Assembly (NCBI GenBank): GCA_049322255.1
Contig: JBMORE010000001.1
Span: 1 to 42,825 of the forward strand
DNA length: 42,825 nt
Direction of reading: 5' to 3'
Origin: Myxococcota bacterium
GTDB taxonomy: Bacteria > Myxococcota > Myxococcia > Myxococcales > Myxococcaceae
Position numbers and translations under genes: made by a program. Numbering within the stretch: the first letter of the stretch is position 1; every line of letters begins with the position of its first letter. Under the pieces are notes generated by a model. That model searched no databases. It saw only the letters and a program-made list of their open reading frames with translations, and was not told the origin of the DNA. Shown piece by piece: positions 36,476 to 42,825 of the stretch.

Positions 36476-37737
36476 TGCGGCTTTTCAAGCTGGCCGTGCG
36501 CAACCTCACCCGCAACCGGCGACGCACCGCCATCACCCTGGTGGCCTTGGTGGTGGGAGTGGGGGCGATGGTCACCTTGCGCGGCTTCATCAACGGCCTG
36601 CAGCGGATGATGCTGGAGAACATCGTTCACGGGCAGCTGGGCGCCCTACAGGTGCACCGCGCCGGCTACTTGGCCAACGTGCTCTCCTCCCCGCTGACCT
36701 TGGACATGGAGGACTCGGGAGATTTGCGCGCGCGCATTCGCGCGGTGCCGGGGGTGCGGGCGGTGGCGGGACGCATTCAGTTCGGGGCGATGGTGTCGAC
36801 CCCCGACGTGGGCGAGGCGCCGGGGAAGACCTCGTTCTTCCTCGCCACCGCTCTCGAGCCCGAGGCGGAAAAGGAGGTTTCTCCCAAGCGCTGGGAGTGG
36901 GTGGCGCAAGGCCAGATGCCCGCAGCGGCCGATGCGCGCGCGCTGGTGCTTGGCGCCTCCTTTGCCGAAGGACTGGACATCCCTCTCCCTCAGGGAGAGG
37001 GCAAGGGTGAGGAGGAAGAGCAATGGCCGGCACTGCTTGCAGCCGACAGAGACGGCATCCTCAACGGCGAGGCGGTGGTGTTGGCGGCTACCCTCCACAA
37101 CGCCACCCCGGGCGACAACCGGTTCGGCTTCGTCCCGCTGGTCACCGCGCAGCGGCTCTTGCGCATGGAGGGCCGCGTCACCGAATACGCCGTGGGCATC
37201 GAACGCATGGAAGACGCGGCGGTGGTGCGCGATGCGCTCGCCTCCACCCTGGGGCCCGGGTACGAGGTGCATACCTGGAGCCAGCTGTTTCCCTTCTTGA
37301 CCGAGCTCACCGGCACTCAGGACTTCATCTTCTCCGTCGTCTCCTCCATCTTTCTGGTGGTGGTGCTCTTGGGCATCGTCAACGCGATGCTGATGTCGGT
37401 GCTCGAGCGAGTGAGGGAGATAGGCACCATGCTCGCGGTGGGGCTGCGGCGGCGGCAGGTCGTTTTTCTCTTCTTGCTCGAGGGGCTGGTGCTGGGCGCC
37501 GTGGGCGGCGCGCTGGGAGTGGCGGTGGGCTTTGCCGCCGTGCAGTGGATGCAGGCGGCCGGCCTCCACCTGCCCGCACCTGGGGCGGAAATCGACTCCC
37601 TCATTCGGCCGTTCGTCTCCTCTCTCTACCTGGCGCGGGCGCTGACGATGGCAGTGGCCGGCTCGACACTGGCGGCGCTGTGGCCGGCCTACCGGGCGAG
37701 CGCGCTTCGACCGGTGGAGGCGCTGGCGCACGTATGA
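36475..37737 (+). CDS. ABC transporter permease, MacB/LolE (FtsX) type
   Basis: 'LAVRNLTRNRRRT', 'GIVNAMLMSVLERVREIGTMLAVG', 'PAYRASALRPVEAL'. Confidence 0.92.
   Translation: MRLFKLAVRNLTRNRRRTAITLVALVVGVGAMVTLRGFINGLQRMMLENIVHGQLGALQVHRAGYLANVLSSPLTLDMEDSGDLRARIRAVPGVRAVAGRIQFGAMVSTPDVGEAPGKTSFFLATALEPEAEKEVSPKRWEWVAQGQMPAAADARALVLGASFAEGLDIPLPQGEGKGEEEEQWPALLAADRDGILNGEAVVLAATLHNATPGDNRFGFVPLVTAQRLLRMEGRVTEYAVGIERMEDAAVVRDALASTLGPGYEVHTWSQLFPFLTELTGTQDFIFSVVSSIFLVVVLLGIVNAMLMSVLERVREIGTMLAVGLRRRQVVFLFLLEGLVLGAVGGALGVAVGFAAVQWMQAAGLHLPAPGAEIDSLIRPFVSSLYLARALTMAVAGSTLAALWPAYRASALRPVEALAHV
36981..37013 (-). repeat. 33-bp hairpin repeat, copy C (in periplasmic domain of permease)
   Basis: + strand ccctctccc-tca-gggagaggg-caagggtgagga; read as PLPQGEGKGEE. 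Confidence 0.9.
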
Positions 37738-38975
37738 GACCCCCCCGCTTTTTCACGATGGCTTTTCGCAACGTCCGTCGCAACCGGCGCCGCAGCCTCA
37801 TCACCTTGGCCGCCATCGTTCTGGGGGTGACGATGGTGACGGTGATGCGTGGCTTCATGGAGGGTGCCCAAGTGCTGATGGTGGACGACGCGGTGCGGGG
37901 CAAAAGCGGCGCTCTCCAGATTCACCGCAAGGGTTACTTGGCCAACGCGGCTTCCGACCCCACCGCGCTGGCGATGCGGCACGGCGGGGCGCTGGTGGAG
38001 CAGATGCGCGCGGTGAAGGGCGTCACCGCGGTGGCCGGCCGCCTGCGTTTCAGCGGGCTGGTGAGCAACGGGGTGTCGCAGACGATGTTCTCCGGGCGCG
38101 GAGTGGACCTTGCCGAGGAGCCGAAGGTGTGCCCGCGCGCAGTCGCCGGGGTCGCCGACGGCGGCGAAGCGTTGCGCGAAGGCGACCAGGGGCAGGCGCT
38201 GCTCGGCTTCGAGCTGGCGCGGAGCTTCGGTCTGGCCGTTGCCGTCGACAAGCGCCCCACGGTGAACCTTCAGTCCTCCAGCCCCGAGGGGCGCGCCAAC
38301 TCGCTCGAGGTGCAGGTGAAGGGGCTCACCGTGTCCAACCTGCCCTTCGAGAACAAGCGGGTGGTGACCGTGCCCTTGGCCACCGCCCAGTCGCTCTTGG
38401 GCATGGAGGAGCAGGTCACCGAATACGTCCTCGCGGTCGACGACCTTTCGCGGGTCGACCGGGTGGCCGAGTCGCTGCGGGCGGCGTTGGGGCCGGAGTA
38501 CGAGGTGCACACCTGGAAAGAGGTGATGCCCTTCGTGCGCGACGTGGTGAATCGCCAGAATTTCGTCTTGGGGACGGTAGCGGTGGTGCTCTTCGTCATC
38601 GTCCTCACCGGCATCATCAACACCATGTTGATGAGCGTCTTCGAGCGGGTGCGGGAGATTGGCACCATGCTCGCGGTGGGGGTGAGGCGGCGGCAGGTGC
38701 TTTGGCTCTTCGTGCTCGAGGCCGGTGTGCTGGGTGTCGCCGGAGGGTCGGCGGGCGCGGCGCTGGGGAGCGCAGCCGTGGGGGTGTTGGGCGCGGTGGG
38801 CTTGCCCGTGCAGCTGTCCGGTACCTCGGGCAGCTCGATGCTGCGGCCTTCGGTCTCGGCGGTTTTCGTCGCCGTCGCGGTGCTCATCGCCTTCATCGGC
38901 GCGCTCCTCGCCGCCGCCTATCCCGCCTACCGCGCTTCCCGTCAGAACCCCGTCGATGCCCTGAGGTCCGCATGA
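37734..38975 (+). CDS. ABC transporter permease, MacB/LolE type (paralog)
   Basis: 'MAFRNVRRNRRRS', 'NTMLMSVFERVREIGTMLAVG', 'PAYRASRQNPVDAL'. Confidence 0.92.
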   Translation: MRPPRFFTMAFRNVRRNRRRSLITLAAIVLGVTMVTVMRGFMEGAQVLMVDDAVRGKSGALQIHRKGYLANAASDPTALAMRHGGALVEQMRAVKGVTAVAGRLRFSGLVSNGVSQTMFSGRGVDLAEEPKVCPRAVAGVADGGEALREGDQGQALLGFELARSFGLAVAVDKRPTVNLQSSSPEGRANSLEVQVKGLTVSNLPFENKRVVTVPLATAQSLLGMEEQVTEYVLAVDDLSRVDRVAESLRAALGPEYEVHTWKEVMPFVRDVVNRQNFVLGTVAVVLFVIVLTGIINTMLMSVFERVREIGTMLAVGVRRRQVLWLFVLEAGVLGVAGGSAGAALGSAAVGVLGAVGLPVQLSGTSGSSMLRPSVSAVFVAVAVLIAFIGALLAAAYPAYRASRQNPVDALRSA

Positions 38976-39718
38976 GACTGTTCTTGTCGATGTTGCTGTT
39001 GGCGGCGCCGGCCTGGGCCGCCGAGCCCACCGCCGCCGAGATTTTGGCCCGCTACGACCAGGTGATGGGGCCGCTCAGCTTCGACGCCAAGATGTCGATG
39101 ACCGCTCGCCGCGAGGACGGCAGCGAGCGCACCTACGTGATGAAGGTGCTCAAGAGCGGCCAGGACAAGCTACGCATCTGGTTCCTCGCCCCCTCGGCGG
39201 TGAAGGGCCAGGAGATGCTGCGCAACGGCGACAACCTCTGGGTGTACCTGCCCAACTTGAAGCGGGCCACCCGCATCGCCAACCGCGACAGCTTTCAGGG
39301 AGGAGACTTCAACAACGCCGACGTCCTCCGGGTGAACTACCAGGCGGATTATGAGGCCAAGTTGGTCGCCCCTCACCCCAACCCTCTCCCGGAGGGAGAG
39401 GGGGCGGAGGCGGAGATGTATCAGCTGGAGCTTCAGGCCAAGCACGGCGCCACCGCGTACGACGTCATCAAGCTGTGGGTGCGCAAGAAGGACCTGATGC
39501 CGATGCGGGGCGAGTACTACGGCACCAGCGGACAAATGATTCGCTCCGCCGAGTTCTCCGATTTTCAGGAGCTGGACAAAGGCTATGTGCGTCCCGCACG
39601 GGTGGTGATGAAGAACGAGCTGGTGAAGGCCCGCCGCTCGGAGATGCGCGTGGAGTCGATGCGCCTCTCGGTGGATGCACCACCGCAGCGCTTCACCCAG
39701 ACGGACTTGGGGCGGTAG
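38972..39718 (+). CDS. Outer-membrane lipoprotein-sorting (LolA-like) periplasmic protein
   Basis: Signal peptide 'PAWA-A'; 'FLAPSAVKGQEML...LWVYLP..KR..RI...SFQGGDFNNAD'. Confidence 0.85.
   Translation: MRLFLSMLLLAAPAWAAEPTAAEILARYDQVMGPLSFDAKMSMTARREDGSERTYVMKVLKSGQDKLRIWFLAPSAVKGQEMLRNGDNLWVYLPNLKRATRIANRDSFQGGDFNNADVLRVNYQADYEAKLVAPHPNPLPEGEGAEAEMYQLELQAKHGATAYDVIKLWVRKKDLMPMRGEYYGTSGQMIRSAEFSDFQELDKGYVRPARVVMKNELVKARRSEMRVESMRLSVDAPPQRFTQTDLGR
39370..39402 (+). repeat. 33-bp hairpin repeat, copy D (in LolA-like gene)
   Basis: ccctcaccccaa-ccctctccc-gga-gggagaggg; read as PHPNPLPEGEG. Confidence 0.93.
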
Positions 39719-41152
39719 GTGCGCAGCCTCTTCGCGCTGATGCTGGCGGCGAGAGCGGCGATCGCCGCCGAGGTGAACGGCTACGCCGAGTCGCGCAGCC
39801 AGCTCTCCCGTGCGCGGGTGCAGGGACTTCTTCCCACCCACGAGCTTCCCCAGTTGCTCCAGCTCGTCGAGCTCAACACGCAGGTGCGGCACGCCTACGT
39901 CGAGCGCGGCTTTTTCTACGGCGACCTCTCCCTCTTGTTGCAGGTCGCCGGCAGCTACCGGGGGCTCGACGCCCAAGGGGCGGAGGTGGGCCTGCCCGAC
40001 CGCGACTTGGCGCAGAACCACCCGGTCGTCTCCCTCAACGAGCTCTATGCGAGCCACGAGGTACGGCCCGCGCTCCACGTGCTGTTGGGCAAGAAGCGGG
40101 TGGTGTGGGGCAGCGGTTTGGCCTTCAACCCCACTGACCTCTTCAACCCGCGCAAAGACCCCACCGACCCTACTTTCCAGCGTGCGGGAGCGTGGATGGC
40201 GAGCATCGAAGCGCCGTTGGAATCGGTCGCCTTCACCTTCGCCGCCAGCCCCGCGGTGCTCCGGCAGGACAGCGGCCTTCCCTATCAGCTGCTCCTCCAC
40301 CCGAGCTGGGACGTGCAAGACTCGCAGTACCACTACCTCCTGGCGGCGCGCGCCTACGCCCTGGTCCGGGAGAGCGACCTCAACTTGATGCTCTTTTTCG
40401 GCAACCGCTACGGCGACGACTTCGAGAACAAGCTGCGGGTAGGCGCCTCGTTCTCCCGCTACTTCTTCACCGACTACGAGCTGCACGTGGAGGCGTTGGT
40501 GCAGGCCGGCTCCACGCGCGCGTACGTTCGCTCGCCTTGCGTGGAAAGCGCCCTGGCCGCGCTTCAGTGCCAGGCCGAGGGCACCCCGTTCGCCTCCCAG
40601 GCGCTGCTCGACGACGGGCGCCTGGTGCCCAAAGTCTTACTTGGCGCTCGTACCCAGCTCGCCGACGAGTCCATGCTTTCGCTCGAGTACCTCTACCAGG
40701 GCGATGGTTTCAGCCGCGCGCAGATGGCCGACTGGGTGAGCGGGCTCGATTTGCTCCGGCAAGCGCGGGAGCTGGGCGTTCCTTCCGAGCGCCTGCCCTC
40801 CACCGGCTCGCTCTTGGGAGGCGCGGTGGACGAGGGGGTGCCGCAGAAGTTCAGCTTCGAGCCTTTGGGGAGGCACTACCTCTTCGCCACATTCCAGAAG
40901 CCGAAGATTCGCGACGACTTCACCGTATCGGCTTCGCTGGTGGCCAGCCTCACCGACCTCTCCTCGATGCTCGCTCCTTCCGTCAGCTGGAGCGCGAGAG
41001 AGTGGCTTCAACTCTCGCTCTTTGGCTTTCTCCCCCTCCCCGGGCCGCGCGCTTTGGCCACCACGGTGCCGCGCACGGGCGAGGCCGTGAGCGAGCACAC
41101 CTTGCTTCCTGTGCAGTACCGCGCGCTCTTCTCCGCCCGCGTCTTCTACTAA
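39719..41152 (+). CDS. Probable outer-membrane beta-barrel protein
   Basis: Signal peptide; 'LNELYAS...LGKKRVVWGSGLAFNPTDLFNP'; C-terminal 'FSARVFY' resembles a beta-signal. Confidence 0.72.
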   Translation: MRSLFALMLAARAAIAAEVNGYAESRSQLSRARVQGLLPTHELPQLLQLVELNTQVRHAYVERGFFYGDLSLLLQVAGSYRGLDAQGAEVGLPDRDLAQNHPVVSLNELYASHEVRPALHVLLGKKRVVWGSGLAFNPTDLFNPRKDPTDPTFQRAGAWMASIEAPLESVAFTFAASPAVLRQDSGLPYQLLLHPSWDVQDSQYHYLLAARAYALVRESDLNLMLFFGNRYGDDFENKLRVGASFSRYFFTDYELHVEALVQAGSTRAYVRSPCVESALAALQCQAEGTPFASQALLDDGRLVPKVLLGARTQLADESMLSLEYLYQGDGFSRAQMADWVSGLDLLRQARELGVPSERLPSTGSLLGGAVDEGVPQKFSFEPLGRHYLFATFQKPKIRDDFTVSASLVASLTDLSSMLAPSVSWSAREWLQLSLFGFLPLPGPRALATTVPRTGEAVSEHTLLPVQYRALFSARVFY

Positions 41153-41161
41153 AGACCGACC

Positions 41162-41866
41162 ATGAACCAGCCCCTCATTCAGCTTTCCGGCATCGAGAAG
41201 CACTACCAGCTCGGCAAGACCACGGTGACCGCGCTGCGCGGAGTAGATCTGAAGGTGCATGGCGGCGAGTTCACCGTGGTCACCGGCCCCTCCGGCTCGG
41301 GGAAGACCACCCTGCTCAACATCATCGGCTGCCTCGATCGCGCCAGCGGGGGACGGTACCTGCTCGACGGCGAGGACGTGAGCGCGCGCGACTTCGACGA
41401 CTTGGCCGAGGTGCGTAACCGGAAGATTGGCTTCATCTTCCAGAGCTTCAACCTCATCCCGGTGCTCGACGTGGCGGAGAACATCGAGTTTCCCTGCGCG
41501 GTGCGCGCCCAAGGAGAGCCTCCCCAAGCCCTGCGCAAGCGAGTCGAAAAGCTCGCCGAGGCAGTGGGCCTTTTCCCTTTCCTTCGCCACAAGCCCGACG
41601 AGCTGTCCGGAGGGCAACGGCAGCGGGTGGCGATTGCCCGCGCGCTCATCACCGAGCCGCGGTTGGTGCTGGCCGACGAGCCGACCGCCAACTTGGACTC
41701 GCAGACCAGCGACCAAATCATCGACCTGATGGTGAAGCTGAACCAGGAGAAGGCGGTGACCTTCCTCTTCTCCACCCACGACCCGCGGGTGGTGCGCCAC
41801 GCCAAGCGTGCGCTGCACATTCAGGACGGGCATATCGCCCAGGGAGAAGAGGCGCCCGATGAGTGA
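41162..41866 (+). CDS. ABC transporter ATP-binding protein, LolD/MacB type
   Basis: 'GPSGSGKTT', 'IGFIFQSFNL', 'LSGGQRQR', 'LADEPTANLD', 'STHD'. Confidence 0.95.
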   Translation: MNQPLIQLSGIEKHYQLGKTTVTALRGVDLKVHGGEFTVVTGPSGSGKTTLLNIIGCLDRASGGRYLLDGEDVSARDFDDLAEVRNRKIGFIFQSFNLIPVLDVAENIEFPCAVRAQGEPPQALRKRVEKLAEAVGLFPFLRHKPDELSGGQRQRVAIARALITEPRLVLADEPTANLDSQTSDQIIDLMVKLNQEKAVTFLFSTHDPRVVRHAKRALHIQDGHIAQGEEAPDE

Positions 41867-42825
41867 GCCTCGACGGTTCGCCGGCCTCGACGCCGCGCGG
41901 TCTCTCGCCGTGGTGGCGATGGTGATGGGGCACTCGCTCGATGCCGTGCTCTCTTCCGCCGGGCGGGAGAGCTTCGGCGGTCAGCTCTACTGGGAGTTTC
42001 GTGCCTTCACCGCTCCGCTCTTTCTCTTGGTGAGCGGGTGGGCGGTGGTGATGAGCGCTCAGCAGCGGGGGCTCGTGGGAGTCAGGGTGCTGCGCCGGTA
42101 CCTGCCCCGCGTGGGGCTGCTCTTTCTTCTCGGCTTTGTCTTGCGTTTCCCCGCCTGGAACTGGCGGGGCCTGGTGCACGGCGACGAGTCGGTGTGGCGG
42201 CACTTCCTTGCCTTCGACGCGCTGCACGTCATCGCGGCGAGCCTGCTGGTGGCGCTGGGCGTCTTGGCCGTCGTGCGTGACGAGCGGGTGCGGGCGCTGT
42301 GCTTTGGCCTCGCCGCCGTCGGCATGCCGTGGGCCACCCCGTGGGTGTGGAGCACTCTTTCCCACGCTCCGTCATGGGCGCAGCAAACCCTGGGCGGAGG
42401 TGATGCGCCCTTCCCCCTCTTCCATTGGGCCGGCTATTTTTTCATCGGTGCATTCCTCGGTGTAACCCTCTCCCACTGGGAGAGGGCAAGGGTGAGGGGC
42501 GTCATCGCACTCCTAGCGCTCGCCGCCTTGGCGATGCTCGCCGCCGGACCGACCCCCGCGGCCCAGATGGCGCTTGCCAGCTGGACCAAGTTCGTCTGGA
42601 GGCTCGGGGGAACGCTCATCCTCTTGGCGCTGGCAATGGCGCTACCGGAGCGGTGGGCCAGAGCGCTCGCTCCAGTGGGGCGCGCCTCGCTGTGGGTCTA
42701 CGTCATCCACCTGCCCATCGTGTACGGGTGGGCGCTGTGGCCGGGCTTGTCCACGCTGGTGGGGCCGACGCTTTCACCGTCCGTGGCCGTGGCGACGGCG
42801 CTCGGGGTGACCGCGGTGAGCGTCA
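41859..42825 (+). CDS. Membrane acyltransferase (HGSNAT/DUF1624/Acyl_transf_3-like); runs off the window end, so absent from the ORF track
   Basis: Hand translation: MSEPRRFAGLDAARSLAVVAMVMGH...APLFLLVSG...DALHVI...FPLFHWAGY...GRASLWVYVIHLPIVYG; no stop found in the translated stretch. Confidence 0.8.
   Translation, partial: MSEPRRFAGLDAARSLAVVAMVMGHSLDAVLSSAGRESFGGQLYWEFRAFTAPLFLLVSGWAVVMSAQQRGLVGVRVLRRYLPRVGLLFLLGFVLRFPAWNWRGLVHGDESVWRHFLAFDALHVIAASLLVALGVLAVVRDERVRALCFGLAAVGMPWATPWVWSTLSHAPSWAQQTLGGGDAPFPLFHWAGYFFIGAFLGVTLSHWERARVRGVIALLALAALAMLAAGPTPAAQMALASWTKFVWRLGGTLILLALAMALPERWARALAPVGRASLWVYVIHLPIVYGWALWPGLSTLVGPTLSPSVAVATALGVTAVSV
42466..42498 (-). repeat. 33-bp hairpin repeat, copy E (in acyltransferase loop)
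   Basis: + strand ccctctccc-act-gggagaggg-caagggtgaggg; read as TLSHWERARVRG. Confidence 0.92.

Noticed and set aside
1..42825. Prophage, integrase, transposase, tRNA, rRNA or cas genes
   Set aside because: No recognisable motifs; coding density leaves little room for structural RNAs, though very small ncRNAs cannot be excluded by eye.

Overview
High-GC bacterial DNA, most consistent with a myxobacterium (Myxococcota) on the basis of an FrgA-like protein, an MshEN protein, a eukaryotic-type Ser/Thr kinase and Cys-rich lipoproteins. Left to right: a disrupted 3' end of an OPT oligopeptide transporter; a toxin-antitoxin (TA) cluster (RHH + MazF/PemK, antitoxin + PIN pseudogene, rhomboid protease, stand-alone nucleotidyltransferase); a lipoprotein with about 57 Cys, divergent from a complete sulfate assimilation operon (cysH, sat-cysC, cysG, sir); a housekeeping block (frgA-like, RDD, rsmE, prmA, M16 peptidase, hemW, terC); an MshEN protein; a transglutaminase-like/beta-rich protein; an AbiEii-type TA pair; a TPR lipoprotein and kinase; and an operon of uracil-DNA glycosylase, Lol/MacB-like ABC transporter, LolA-like protein, outer-membrane barrel and acyltransferase. 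Two non-obvious signals stand out. (1) A 33-bp hairpin repeat (CCCTCACCC-N3-CCCTCTCCC-N3-GGGAGAGGG) occurs five times inside intact genes, in four different strand/frame combinations, plus one eroded intergenic copy. (2) Two unrelated TA cassettes are each flanked by 43-46 bp direct repeats copied from near the 3' ends of neighbouring host genes, with no integrase or transposase in the window. No rRNA, tRNA or CRISPR array was seen. All family calls come from motif recognition by eye; no database searches were run.
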